Assembly (NCBI GenBank): GCA_965232515.1
Contig: CBDDPY010000002.1
Location: forward strand, 736,001 to 800,000
Direction: 5' to 3'
From: Alphaproteobacteria bacterium
GTDB taxonomy: Bacteria > Pseudomonadota > Alphaproteobacteria > GCA-2731375
DNA: 64,000 nt
The position numbers were made by a program, and so were the translations under genes. How positions within the stretch are numbered: position 1 is the first letter of the stretch; every line of letters begins with the position of its first letter. The notes under the pieces were generated by a model. The model worked only from the letters and a program-made list of their open reading frames with translations, searched no databases and was not told the origin of the DNA. Below are positions 17,789 to 32,870 of this stretch, in pieces.

Positions 17789-19198
17789 ATGACAGCCCGT
17801 GTGCTCGTCGTCGATGACGTTGTCGCCAACGTCCGTTTGCTGGAAGCAAAGCTCGCCAGAGAGTATTTCGACGTCCTGACCGCGATGGACGGGCCCGAGG
17901 CGCTGGCCGCGGTCGAGCGCGAAGTCCCGGATATCATCCTGCTCGACGTCATGATGCCGGGCATGGATGGCTTCGAAGTTTGCCGCCGCATCAAGGCGGA
18001 TCCGCGCTTCATGCACATTCCGGTCGTCATGGTGACGGCGCTGAGCGATAGCGCCGACCGGGTGCAGGGCCTGGAAGCCGGCGCCGACGACTTTCTGACC
18101 AAGCCCGTGAACGATATCGCGCTGTTCGCCCGCGTGCGCTCGCTGGTCCGCCTGAAGATGATGATGGACGAGCTGCGCCTGCGGCAGCAGACGGCCAACA
18201 GCCTCGGGCTCAGCGAGTCGGTCGAGCCCGAGATCGACATATCCGGCGGGCATGTTCTGCTGGTCGAAGATCGCGACGTCTATGCCAAGTCGATCGATGA
18301 CACGCTGGCCGGCGAACACAATCTGACCGTCGCCAAGTCGGACGAAGAGGCCGTCGCCGTCGCCCGGGGCGGTCAGTTCGAGCTCATCATCGTCAGCCTG
18401 GCGCTGCAGGAGACAGATGCGCTGCGCCTGTGCTCGCAGCTTCGCAGCATGGACGAAACACGGCAGGTGCCGCTGCTGGTTCTGGTCGACGACACGCCGG
18501 ACGAGATGGCCCGTATGGTCAAGGGTCTCGACCTCGGCGTGAACGACTACCTGATCCGGCCGATCGATCGCAACGAGCTGTTGGCGCGCGCCCGCAGCCA
18601 GATCCGGCGCAAGCGCTACGAGGATCGGCTGCGCAGCAACTACGAGCTGAGCATGACCATGGCCGTGACCGACACGGTTACCGGCCTCTATAACCGCCGC
18701 TATATGGAGCTCCACCTGCAGCGCCTGGTCGAACGGTCGAGTCACGGCGGGCATCCGGTCTGTCTGCTGATCCTAGACATCGATCACTTCAAGACCGTGA
18801 ACGACACACACGGCCACGCCGTCGGCGACGAGGTTCTGCGGGAGTTCGGCGAGCGTATTGCCCGCGGCACCCGCGGCATCGACATGGCGTCGCGCTACGG
18901 CGGCGAGGAATTCGTCATCGTCATGCCGGACACCGTGCTCGACGATGCCGTCGCCGCCGCCGAACGGCTGCGCGAGTCGGTGGCGAACACGCCGTTCAGA
19001 GTTTCCGGCGAGGTCGGCGAGCTGGCGGTAACGGTCAGCATCGGCGTTGCCGAAACGACCGGCGGCATGACCGATCCCGACAGCCTGATCCGGGCCGCCG
19101 ATGAGGCGCTGTACGTCGCCAAGAACAACGGCCGGAACCGCGTCGTAACCGCGCCGAACGGCGACGAGCCGCTGGCGGCCGGGCAGGGCGCCAGCTGA
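17789..19198 (+). CDS. pleD: Response-regulator diguanylate cyclase PleD
   Basis: REC, pseudo-REC and GGEEF domains; RGID I-site; follows divK. Confidence 0.96.
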   Translation: MTARVLVVDDVVANVRLLEAKLAREYFDVLTAMDGPEALAAVEREVPDIILLDVMMPGMDGFEVCRRIKADPRFMHIPVVMVTALSDSADRVQGLEAGADDFLTKPVNDIALFARVRSLVRLKMMMDELRLRQQTANSLGLSESVEPEIDISGGHVLLVEDRDVYAKSIDDTLAGEHNLTVAKSDEEAVAVARGGQFELIIVSLALQETDALRLCSQLRSMDETRQVPLLVLVDDTPDEMARMVKGLDLGVNDYLIRPIDRNELLARARSQIRRKRYEDRLRSNYELSMTMAVTDTVTGLYNRRYMELHLQRLVERSSHGGHPVCLLILDIDHFKTVNDTHGHAVGDEVLREFGERIARGTRGIDMASRYGGEEFVIVMPDTVLDDAVAAAERLRESVANTPFRVSGEVGELAVTVSIGVAETTGGMTDPDSLIRAADEALYVAKNNGRNRVVTAPNGDEPLAAGQGAS

Positions 19199-19229
19199 CG
19201 CTTTGCTGCCCGGCCGATCGCTTTAGCGG

Positions 19230-20732
19230 CTAACGGCCAATATTGATCCAGGTCGTCTTCAGCTGCGTGTACTTGTCGAATGCATGGATTGAACGGTCAC
19301 GCCCGAAGCCCGACTGCTTGTAGCCGCCGAACGGCGTGCTCATGTCGACCGCGTCGTAGGTGTTGACCCAGACCGTGCCGGCCCGCAGTGAGCGCGCCAC
19401 CTTGTGCGCCGTCGAGATGTCGCGGGTCCAGACGGCCGAGGCCAGACCGTAGACCGAGTCGTTGGCGATCTTCACGGCTTCCGCGCTGTCCTTGAACGAA
19501 ATCGTCGACAGCACCGGACCGAAGATCTCCTCCTGGGCGATCTTCATCTTGTTGTCGACGTTGTCGAACACGGTCGGCGCGATGTAGTAGCCGCCGGTGT
19601 CGGTCAGCGAACGATCGCCGCCCATCTTCAGGGTCGCGCCCTCGGATTTGCCGGCTTCGATGTAACCGATCACGCGATCGGTCTGGCTGGCGTCGACCAT
19701 GGCGCCCATGTGAGTCTTCGGATCGAGCGGGTTGCCCGGCTGCAGCCGCTCGCCGACCGCCATCACCTTCTCCAGGAATTCGTCCTTGATTGAGTCCTCG
19801 ACCAGCAGGCGCGAGGCGGCATTGCAGACCTCGCCCTGATTGAAGAAGATTCCGAAGGCGGCCGACTTCGCGGCCGCGTCCAGGTCCGGCGCGTCGGCCA
19901 TAACGATGTTCGGCGACTTGCCGCCGCATTCCAGGCTGACCTGTTTCATGTTGCTGTCGGCCGAATAGCGCATGAACATCTTGCCGATCTCGGTCGAGCC
20001 GGTGAAGGCGACAGCGTCGACATCCATATGGCGGCCCAGCGCCTGGCCCGCGGTCTCGCCGAAGCCCGGCAGGACGTTGAAGACGCCCTCGGGAACGCCG
20101 GCCTCGGCGGCAAGCTCGGCGAGGCGGAGCGCACTCAACGGCGACTGCTCGGCCGGCTTCAGGATGACGCTGTTGCCCGCGGCGAGCGCCGGTCCGAGCT
20201 TCCAGGAGGCCATCAGGAGCGGGAAGTTCCACGGCACCACGGCGGCGACGACGCCCAGCGGTTCGCGGGTGATCATGGCGACGGCCGATGGATCGGTTGG
20301 CGCGATCTCGTCGTAGAGTTTGTCCAGCAGCTCGGCGTACCAGGATATGGCGCCGGCGGTGCCCGGGATGTCGACCGTCGACGAATAGCGGATCGGCTTG
20401 CCCATATCGAGGGTTTCGAGCAACGCCAGCTCGTCCCGGTGCTTCAGGATCAGGCCGGCGAACTTCTGCAGGGTCCGCTTGCGCTTGCCCGGGGCCAGGC
20501 CGGCCCAGACGCCGGCTTCGAAGGCCTCGCGCGCCGCCTTGACGGCCCGGTCGACGTCTTCCGTATCGCAGGCCGCGACCTGGGTCAGAACCTTGCCGTC
20601 GACCGGGCTGATGCAGTCGAAGGTCTCGCCCGAGGCGGCGTCGACGAAGGCGCCGCCGATGAATGCCTGGTTTCGGTAGTTCAGGGCGGCGGCCTGGCTC
20701 TGATAGTCGTCAAGGGAAAGGGCTGCGGACAT
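19230..20732 (-). CDS. Aldehyde dehydrogenase (PuuC-like)
   Basis: PWNFP, FTGST, LECGGKSP, catalytic GEVC and EEIFGP. Confidence 0.93.
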   Translation of the reverse strand: MSAALSLDDYQSQAAALNYRNQAFIGGAFVDAASGETFDCISPVDGKVLTQVAACDTEDVDRAVKAAREAFEAGVWAGLAPGKRKRTLQKFAGLILKHRDELALLETLDMGKPIRYSSTVDIPGTAGAISWYAELLDKLYDEIAPTDPSAVAMITREPLGVVAAVVPWNFPLLMASWKLGPALAAGNSVILKPAEQSPLSALRLAELAAEAGVPEGVFNVLPGFGETAGQALGRHMDVDAVAFTGSTEIGKMFMRYSADSNMKQVSLECGGKSPNIVMADAPDLDAAAKSAAFGIFFNQGEVCNAASRLLVEDSIKDEFLEKVMAVGERLQPGNPLDPKTHMGAMVDASQTDRVIGYIEAGKSEGATLKMGGDRSLTDTGGYYIAPTVFDNVDNKMKIAQEEIFGPVLSTISFKDSAEAVKIANDSVYGLASAVWTRDISTAHKVARSLRAGTVWVNTYDAVDMSTPFGGYKQSGFGRDRSIHAFDKYTQLKTTWINIGR

Positions 20733-20835
20733 GACGGACCTCCTGCGAATTTCCGATTAGCTTGTTGTCATAGATAGCGGTCGGACCGGTTGAAGCCAAG
20801 CGGCTTGCGCCACCCGGACGATCGATTGCCCAATG

Positions 20836-20862
20836 AAAAAGGCCGCGTCCTGAACGCGGCCT
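20836..20862 (-). terminator. Intrinsic terminator after rpmG
   Basis: AGGCCGCG/CGCGGCCT stem followed by a T run on the minus strand. Confidence 0.75.
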
Positions 20863-20884
20863 CCGTTTCCGGTCTTACGGCCGG

Positions 20885-21052
20885 TTACTTGATCTTGGTT
20901 TCCTTGAACTCGACGTGTTTGCGGGCGACAGGGTCGTACTTCCGCATGGTGATTTTCTCGGTCTGCTTCCGCGGGTTCTTCTTGGTCACGTAGAAGTAAC
21001 CGGTATCCGCCGTGCTCTCGAGCTTGATCTTGATGGTTGCCGGCTTGGCCAT
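20885..21052 (-). CDS. rpmG: 50S ribosomal protein L33 (Cys-free form)
   Basis: Below the ORF-track cutoff; manual translation [55 protein letters not shown]. Confidence 0.97.
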   Translation of the reverse strand: MAKPATIKIKLESTADTGYFYVTKKNPRKQTEKITMRKYDPVARKHVEFKETKIK

Positions 21053-21177
21053 GGGACAAACTCCCGTCTCTTGTCTGGCGCCAACATACCCACCGGCGGC
21101 GGCAAGTCAACGTCGGACAGGCCCCGGCCGGCTTCAGGCGTGTATGGTCGGTCGAAATTCAATCTTTGAGGGAGCGG

Positions 21178-21795
21178 TCACTCATAGCGGACATTCGCCA
21201 CGCCGCGCAGGTAGCTGAACAGCGGCACGCCGGGTGGCTGCCAGCCCTGTCGCCGGCGCGATACCTCTCGCAGCACGAACTCGGTGACATCGATCAGGTC
21301 CAGCCGCAGCGCGTCCGACAGTCGAAACCACTGAAGATCCAGCAGTTCGCCATTGCCATTCAGCTCGCCATCGGCGGCGTCGGCGTCGGTCAGAAAGAAA
21401 CGAGCGTGGAAGCGGATGGGGCTGACCGGCGGCGTGATCGCCCGCGCCACGTAGTCCAGCCGATCAAGCGCCGGCCTGAGCTCGCCGTCCTCGACGCGGC
21501 CGACCGTCAATCCCGTCTCCTCGAAGGTTTCTCGGATCGCCGCCGTTGCGAGCGCCCGGGCGCGGCGTTCGGGCCATTTCCGCGTCAGCTTGGCGGCGAC
21601 CTCGGGACGCAGCTCGGTGGCGCAGGCGACGCCGGCGTCAGCGGCGTCCAGCCGGCCGCCGGGAAACACGAAGTAGTTCGGCATGAAACGGTGCCGGGGC
21701 TCGCGCCGCCCAAGCAGAACCTCGGGATCGGCGCCGTCGCCACGCAGCAGCACGAGGCTGGCGGCGTCGCGCGGCTTCACCGGCCGGCTATTCAT
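21178..21795 (-). CDS. Nudix hydrolase (split-box type), paralog 2
   Basis: PRDAASL, FPGGR, AAIRETFEETGL and RAITPP..RFHARFF. Confidence 0.88.
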   Translation of the reverse strand: MNSRPVKPRDAASLVLLRGDGADPEVLLGRREPRHRFMPNYFVFPGGRLDAADAGVACATELRPEVAAKLTRKWPERRARALATAAIRETFEETGLTVGRVEDGELRPALDRLDYVARAITPPVSPIRFHARFFLTDADAADGELNGNGELLDLQWFRLSDALRLDLIDVTEFVLREVSRRRQGWQPPGVPLFSYLRGVANVRYE

Positions 21796-22480
21796 GGCTC
21801 ATGACGTGCTTGCCGTATTCGTAGCGATAGAACGGCACCTTGCCGCGCCGCTTGCCGCTTTCGCGCGCCGCCGTCAGCGCCTCGAGATTTTCGAGCACGT
21901 ATTTCGTGATGTTCGGCAGCGGCAGGTCCATGGCCTTCTTGACCGGAATCCAGTCGAGATGCAGCAGTTCGCCGCTGCCGTCGATCTTGCCCTCGACCTG
22001 GTCGCCGTTGGCGGCGAAGAAGCGCGCGTTGAACCGGCGCGGCCGATAGGGTGGCGTGATGGCGCGGCAGATATAGTCGAGGCCATCGAGGGCCGGCGCA
22101 TAGCCGGCATCATAGAACGCTCGCCACGGGCCGGAGGTACGGGGAGAGGCGCCGTTCAGCGGTTTGCCCAGGATCAGGCCGGTCTCTTCGAAGGTCTCGC
22201 GAATGGCGGCCAGCGCCAGGGCCTGCGCCTTGCCGGGGCTGGCCGACTTCTGCAGATGCTTGGCGACAACCTCCCGCAGCTGCGTCGCGGGTTTGGCGTG
22301 GTGATCGGCCCGGTCGACCCGGCCGCCGGGAAACACATACCGGTCCGGCATGAACACATGACCGGAATGGCGCTGGCCCATCAGGACGCAGAGCTTGCCG
22401 CGCAGGCGGCGGGTGAGCACGAGCGTGGCCGCGTCACGCGGCCGGAGGGCACGCTTACGTTCGTTCGGTTTGTCGGGCAT
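21788..22480 (-). CDS. Nudix hydrolase (split-box type), paralog 1
   Basis: PRDAATL, FMPDRYVFPGGR, AAIRETFEETGL and RAITPP..RFNARFF; start re-set to ATG 22480. Confidence 0.88.
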   Translation of the reverse strand: MPDKPNERKRALRPRDAATLVLTRRLRGKLCVLMGQRHSGHVFMPDRYVFPGGRVDRADHHAKPATQLREVVAKHLQKSASPGKAQALALAAIRETFEETGLILGKPLNGASPRTSGPWRAFYDAGYAPALDGLDYICRAITPPYRPRRFNARFFAANGDQVEGKIDGSGELLHLDWIPVKKAMDLPLPNITKYVLENLEALTAARESGKRRGKVPFYRYEYGKHVMSHE

Positions 22481-22556
22481 GACCGCTGAATCGACTGACG
22501 ATGCGGCCAAAGATGCACGCGCCCGGCGCGCCTGTCCAGGGGGTGAGAACGTCAGG

Positions 22557-22976
22557 TTAGTCTTCGCTACCGCCGAAGCCGTGCATGCGTTGCGACCATT
22601 GCAGGCCAACCAGCGAGCCCTTGACGCGCGGCAGGAAGAAGAAGGTCAGCGCCAGCGTCACCGGCAGCCATATCGCCGCATGCACCCAGCTCGATGGCGC
22701 GTAAGCCTTTTCAAGGATCAGCACCAGCGGGATGACGATATGGCCGACGATGAAAATGGTGAAATAGGGCGGGGCGTCGTCGGCCCGATGATGATGCAGC
22801 TCCTGACCGCAGGCCGCGCAGGCATGGTTAACCTTGAGGAACCGATCGAAGATCCGGCCACGGCCGCAATTCGGGCAAAGCTGGCGAAACCCGCGTTTCA
22901 ACGCCCCGAACAACGGCCGGTGCTCGGCATCGCCGCCGAAATAGCGCGGCTCGCATGTCGGCGAATGATCGACCAT
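22557..22976 (-). CDS. DUF983 membrane protein
   Basis: CPNCGRG, CAACG, HRADDAPPY and KGSLVGLQW. Confidence 0.9.
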   Translation of the reverse strand: MVDHSPTCEPRYFGGDAEHRPLFGALKRGFRQLCPNCGRGRIFDRFLKVNHACAACGQELHHHRADDAPPYFTIFIVGHIVIPLVLILEKAYAPSSWVHAAIWLPVTLALTFFFLPRVKGSLVGLQWSQRMHGFGGSED

Positions 22977-23107
22977 GGACGGCCCCTGAATGTGATAATC
23001 GCTAGCATGTGGGCGCGGCCAGGCATTCGGCAAGGCCCCGGCGTCGCGGCAAACTGCCGCATGCCGGCGGTCGCGGGCGGGTGGCGCCGGGTGTATCCTG
23101 CGGCGTC

Positions 23108-23805
23108 ATGAACCTCGCCATCTTCGATATCGACGGCACCCTGGTCAGAAGCGACGCGCATGAGGATCGCCTGTACTGGCAGGCGCTGGAAACCGTGCTT
23201 GGGCTTGAACGCGAGACCTTCGACTGGGCCAGCTTTCGTCATGTGACCGACAACGGCATCGCGCATGACGTATACCGGCGCCAAAACGGGACGGCGCCGT
23301 CGGCGGACGCCCTGCAGGCAGCCGAGGACCATTTTGCCGAGATGTGGCGGGAAGCGCTGGCCGATATGCCGGCGCACGAGGTCGAGGTACCGGGCGCGGG
23401 TGCGTGGATACAGGAGTTGCTGGCGCATGACGGTTGGCAGGTCGCCATCGCGACGGGCGGCTGGCGGCAGTCGGCGACGGCGAAGCTGACGGCGGCCGGT
23501 ATCGATGTGGCGGCGCTGCCCATGGCCTGCGCCAACGACGCGCTGTCGCGCGAGGAGATCGTGACAACCGCCCGGCGGCGGGCGGAGGACACGCACGATG
23601 TCGAGGCTTTCGAACGGGTGGTCTATCTCGGCGACGGTGTCTGGGATGTCCGCGCGTGCGCCGCGCTTGAGATGCCGTTGGTCGGTATGGCCGTGACGGC
23701 GGCGGTGCGCGAGCGTCTGACCGGCTTGGGCGTCAGCCATGTGCTCGACGACTATCGGGACGTCGCCGCGGCGTTCGTCGCTTTGGAAACGGCCGAGGTG
23801 CCGGG

Positions 23806-23809
<4 letters not shown>
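23108..23809 (+). CDS. HAD family phosphatase
   Basis: FDIDGTL, ATGG and YLGDGVWD. Confidence 0.88.
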
Positions 23810-26037
<2,228 letters not shown>

Positions 26038-26040
26038 GGA

Positions 26041-28689
<2,649 letters not shown>

Positions 28690-28738
28690 ATAGGCGATCG
28701 ACCCCGTAGCACGATGATCGTTGTTTCAGTAACCGGAC

Positions 28739-29872
28739 TTAGGGCGTCGATACGCGGTTGCCCGGATGGCGCGCCAGTTTCCCGGCGAGCTCAAGTTCCA
28801 GCAAAATGGTTAAAACAACGGATGCTGTCAATTTGCTCTGTCGAATGAGCTCATCGACCGCCACCGGCGTGGGGCTCAGTATTGCGGCAATATGCGCCCG
28901 CGACGAATCCAATTCGGTGGCCTCCGTCAGGGCTTCTTCGGGCGCCATGGCGGGTCTGTCGTCCGGTTCGGCCCGATAGCCCGTCAACATCGGCGACACC
29001 ACCGCCAACACGTCGTCGGCGGTCTCCGTCAGCACCGCGCCCTGCCGGATCAGGCCATTGCTGCCGCGGCAGCGCGGGTCCAGCGGCGAACCGGGAACCG
29101 CGAAGACCTCGCGGCCCTGTTCCAACGCCAGTCGGGCTGTGATCAAGGAACCCGAGCGGAAGGCCGCCTCGACCACCACGATCCCGAAGGCGAGGCCGGC
29201 CACCAACCGGTTGCGGCGCGGAAAGTGACGCGCTTTCGGCACCGTGCCGGGCGGCATTTCCGACACCACGGCCCCCTGGGAAACAATGGCGTCGTAAAGG
29301 TCCTGGTTCTCGGGCGGGAAGATGTTGTCGACGCCACCCGCCAAGACGGCGACCGTGCCCGTATCCACCGCGCCGCGATGCGCCGCCGTATCGATGCCCC
29401 TGGCGAAGCCCGAGGTGACCACCAGTCCGGCGGCGCCGAGCCCACCGGCCAGCTCACGGGCAAATCGGACGCCCGCCGCGGAGGCGTTCCGTGCGCCGAC
29501 GATGGCGACCGAGGGCCGCGCCAGCATGTCCGGTTCACCGCGCACGTAAATAATCGGCGGCGCATCGGCGATGGCCGCGAGACGCACGGGGTAGGCGGCC
29601 TCTCCGAGTGTAAGAGGGTGGGCGGAGAGGGCCGCGGCGCTCTCAAGCTCCCGCTCGGCGAGTTCGCGCGGACAGATGCGGATCGGCGCGCGCCTGCCGC
29701 CCCGACGGGCCAACGTCGGTAGCGCCGACAGCGCCGCCGAAGCCGTGCCGAACCGCTCCATCAGCTGGCGAAAACCAATCGGCCCCACGTTCTCGGTTCG
29801 CGCCAGGCGAACACGCTCGATCCGCTCATCGTCACTCAACTTTTGATGTTGTTCATTCATGAGTAAAAACAT
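28739..29872 (-). CDS. dprA: DNA-protecting protein DprA
   Basis: AIVGARNAS, SGFARGID, FPRRNR and GSLITA; start may be 29860. Confidence 0.95.
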   Translation of the reverse strand: MFLLMNEQHQKLSDDERIERVRLARTENVGPIGFRQLMERFGTASAALSALPTLARRGGRRAPIRICPRELAERELESAAALSAHPLTLGEAAYPVRLAAIADAPPIIYVRGEPDMLARPSVAIVGARNASAAGVRFARELAGGLGAAGLVVTSGFARGIDTAAHRGAVDTGTVAVLAGGVDNIFPPENQDLYDAIVSQGAVVSEMPPGTVPKARHFPRRNRLVAGLAFGIVVVEAAFRSGSLITARLALEQGREVFAVPGSPLDPRCRGSNGLIRQGAVLTETADDVLAVVSPMLTGYRAEPDDRPAMAPEEALTEATELDSSRAHIAAILSPTPVAVDELIRQSKLTASVVLTILLELELAGKLARHPGNRVSTP

Positions 29873-30075
29873 GCATTAGTTGCATGTCGTCCGTCAACCG
29901 CACTTCGTGATGACAAGCAGGCCACAAACCGGCAGGATCCGGTCGGGGATTTTCAAACGGCGGGTTAACGCGGGGGCAATCAAGAACCTTGTGTGTTTGT
30001 TAATTCCTGCGCCTCTAACATGGTGACCCTGGCGACAGACGCCAGTTTTCTCCATGACATGAACGGGCTTGCAAC

Positions 30076-30585
30076 GTGACTGGAAAATCTCGCCACGGTC
30101 GCCGTTTGTTCGGCGCACTTGCCACGCTGGGGCTGACGCTGTCCCTCGCGGCACCGGTTCAGGCCGCAAATTGCGCCAGACCGGCGGAGGAGGCCGCCGT
30201 TTACGTTCGCGTGCTGCAAAGCGACCTCATGGTGGCCGCTTTGACCTGTAATTCACGCCATCACTACAACGCCTTTGCAAAGCAGTTCCAGCCCGAGCTG
30301 ATCCGCCATGGCCAGGCGCTGAAGAGCTTCTTCAACCGCCTTCATGGTGCTCGAGCCGACGAGAAGCTGAACGCCTTCGTCACCTATCTGGCGAACGACG
30401 CGTCGGTGCGCAGCATCAACGGGGCTGGCAATTATTGCCAACGGGCCAATGCGGTCTTCAAATCCGTTTTGGCGTTGGATCCGGCGGAACTCGGCGCGTT
30501 CTCTGCCGAACGATTGGCCGCCTCGACGCCGCCGCGGCGGATCGCCTGCACGGCCAGCGAACGCATCGTCATCAGCGACGAATAA
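30076..30585 (+). CDS. Secreted hypothetical protein with paired Cys
   Basis: Signal peptide ending VQA; LQSDLMVAALTC motif; four Cys. Confidence 0.7.
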   Translation: MTGKSRHGRRLFGALATLGLTLSLAAPVQAANCARPAEEAAVYVRVLQSDLMVAALTCNSRHHYNAFAKQFQPELIRHGQALKSFFNRLHGARADEKLNAFVTYLANDASVRSINGAGNYCQRANAVFKSVLALDPAELGAFSAERLAASTPPRRIACTASERIVISDE

Positions 30586-30602
30586 TCACACGAAAAACGC
30601 AT

Positions 30603-30647
30603 TTGGGGCGCCGGTCCGTGTTCCGACCGGCGCCCCAATTTTGTTTG
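30603..30647. terminator. Probable bidirectional terminator
   Basis: TTGGGGCGCCGGTC/GACCGGCGCCCCAA stem followed by TTTTGTTT, between convergent genes. Confidence 0.8.
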
Positions 30648-30663
30648 CGCCGTTGACGCAACG

Positions 30664-31554
30664 TTATTGGAAGTTGATCTCCACGCGCCGGTTCTGCGGC
30701 TCTCGCACGCCGTCAGGCGTTGGCACCAGCGGATCGGCTTCGCCGCGCGCGGCGACGTTGATCTGCACCGCTGGATAGCCGAGCGCGATCAGCGCGTCGC
30801 GCACCGTTTCGGCGCGGCGGAGCGACAGCCGGTCGTTGTAGGCGTCCGAGCCCGAACGATCGGCGTGTCCGACAACGGAAATGCGCCGAATTTCGCCGGT
30901 CTCGGCATTGTTGGCCGCGGTTCCGACAATCTGCTGTGCTTCCGGCCTCAGACTTGAGTCGTCGAAATCGAAGAACACCAGATAGGCTCGCGGCACGGGG
31001 GCCGGTGCGGGCGCGGGGGCAGGCGTCGGGGCCGGTCTTGCGGCCGGCTGCGGCGCGGGCTGCGCCGCCGGCACCACGGCAACCTCGACTTCCTCGATGA
31101 TCTGCAGATAGGCGTCGCGGCAGGCGGCGATGTCCTCGGGCTGGAAGTTCTCTTCCTTCTCCTGCATCCAGCAGTCGAACATCACCTGCGCCCGCGCGGC
31201 CTGCTGGGGCGCCTTGCTGCCGGCGGTCGCCGCGAGCGCGCTCACCAGCCGTTGCCGGGCCGGGCCGAGCTCGGCGACGCCGTCCTGCGGCAGATTGCGG
31301 TTGCCCAGCGTATCGGGCTCGACCGGATTGCCGCCCGCGGCGTCGATGGCGCGCAGCGCGAAGAAATCGGAATCCCCGTAGTCGCCTTCGGCGAACTCGG
31401 CGGACGAGAGATCGACATAGCCGTCATAGAGTGCCCGATCGAAGTCGGACCCGGTTGGCGTGACGCGCTGTGCTTTCTCCAGTTGCATGCCCGCGCATGC
31501 CGTCAGGGCGATGCAAATGCCGCCCGCAAACACGCTTTTCATAACTCCGCTCAT
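30664..31554 (-). CDS. OmpA-family peptidoglycan-binding lipoprotein
   Basis: LTAC lipobox, AQVMFDCW domain, PA-rich linker, VFFDFD, GHADRSGS and NRRVEI. Confidence 0.9.
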   Translation of the reverse strand: MSGVMKSVFAGGICIALTACAGMQLEKAQRVTPTGSDFDRALYDGYVDLSSAEFAEGDYGDSDFFALRAIDAAGGNPVEPDTLGNRNLPQDGVAELGPARQRLVSALAATAGSKAPQQAARAQVMFDCWMQEKEENFQPEDIAACRDAYLQIIEEVEVAVVPAAQPAPQPAARPAPTPAPAPAPAPVPRAYLVFFDFDDSSLRPEAQQIVGTAANNAETGEIRRISVVGHADRSGSDAYNDRLSLRRAETVRDALIALGYPAVQINVAARGEADPLVPTPDGVREPQNRRVEINFQ

Positions 31555-31631
31555 CGCAGTCTCCCTGATCGTTTGCCGGACCACCGGTCCCTTGGTTTGC
31601 ATCCGCCGTTGAAGGGCCGACGCCAATCTTT

Positions 31632-32066
31632 TCAAAGCCCGTTATGGCGATATTCGTCCTTTGAGATGACAAGATCGCCATTGGTGTCGAGGCGCATGAA
31701 CCGGACCGGTCCCAGCGCCCAGAACTCGACCGTGGTCAGGATGCCGTCGCGGTCTTCGTCGGCCTCGCGAAACTGCTCGGGCAATTCAGGTCCGCCTTCC
31801 GGCACCGTTCCCGCCCGCACTTTCGCGGCCTCAATCCATTCATCTGTTGTGATCTTGTGGTCGCCGTTCAGATCGAGGGTCTTGAACAGCCGGTGCCGGT
31901 AGGCATTCGCCTCGTCAACCGTGATCACGTCATCGCCGTTGCGGTCGATCCCGAGAAACTGCGCGACCGCGATATCGTTCGCGGCGGCTGACATTTGCCA
32001 CCCAACGGCCAACGTTATGAGCAAACCCGCGACGGCTGTTCTGCCGCCGATCCAGCCCGACATCAA
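31632..32066 (-). CDS. Secreted four-EF-hand Ca-binding protein
   Basis: Signal peptide; DRNGDDVITVDE, DLNGDHKITTDE, DEDRDGILTTVE and DTNGDLVISKDE loops. Confidence 0.85.
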   Translation of the reverse strand: MMSGWIGGRTAVAGLLITLAVGWQMSAAANDIAVAQFLGIDRNGDDVITVDEANAYRHRLFKTLDLNGDHKITTDEWIEAAKVRAGTVPEGGPELPEQFREADEDRDGILTTVEFWALGPVRFMRLDTNGDLVISKDEYRHNGL

Positions 32067-32241
32067 ATCTGTCCCACTCGCTCAGGCACACATACCTAGC
32101 CGCCCGGCCCAAGTCGTGTCCCGTAATCCCTAACCTAGGTTCAAATCGACAAGCGGCCAACGCCGCAGGAACAAAAACCGTGTCCCTTTTGAGAGTTAAA
32201 CACAACCGGCGATCTGCCCGCCGTGACTTTTCTAGGTTTCG

Positions 32242-32868
32242 TTATGCCTTGTTCGGACTTTTTCGTCCGATCTTGGGTTCGGCGCCCTGCAGCAGCCGGC
32301 GGATGTTGGCATGATGGCGGATGAACACGAGGATCGCCATGAAGCCCGCAAGCTCGGCTCGCTGCGGGTCCGCCAGCCACCAGGCAAAGGCCGGACTGGT
32401 GGCGACGGCGATCAGGGCGGCGAGGGAGGAAAAGCGGAAGATCGCCGCGACGATCAGCCAAGTCAGGCACGCCAGCAGGCCGACGGGCCAGGCGCTGGCC
32501 AACAACACGCCGAGAAAGGTTGCGACGCCTTTGCCGCCGGCGAACTTGAGCCAGACGGGAAACAGGTGCCCGACGAAGGCGCCGCCGCCGGCCAATACGG
32601 CGATGTCCGGGCCGAAATTCGCGCCGATGAGCACGGCCGCGGCGCCTTTGCCGCCATCGAGCAATAGAGTCAGTGCCGCCAGTGCTTTATTGCCGGTTCT
32701 GAGCACATTGGTTGCGCCGATGTTGCCGGATCCGATGGCGCGGATGTCGCCGAGACCGGCGAGGCGGGTCAGGACCAAGCCGAACGGTATCGACCCCAGC
32801 AGATAGCCAAGGATCACGGCCGCCAGGAACGGCCAAGTATAGGACAGATCGCCGAGCGGATCGGGCAC
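32242..32868 (-). CDS. plsY: Glycerol-3-phosphate acyltransferase PlsY
   Basis: YLLGSIPFG, GSGNIGATNVLR, GGKGVAT and RHHANIRRL; GTG start at 32868. Confidence 0.95.
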   Translation of the reverse strand: MPDPLGDLSYTWPFLAAVILGYLLGSIPFGLVLTRLAGLGDIRAIGSGNIGATNVLRTGNKALAALTLLLDGGKGAAAVLIGANFGPDIAVLAGGGAFVGHLFPVWLKFAGGKGVATFLGVLLASAWPVGLLACLTWLIVAAIFRFSSLAALIAVATSPAFAWWLADPQRAELAGFMAILVFIRHHANIRRLLQGAEPKIGRKSPNKA

Positions 32869-32870
32869 GA

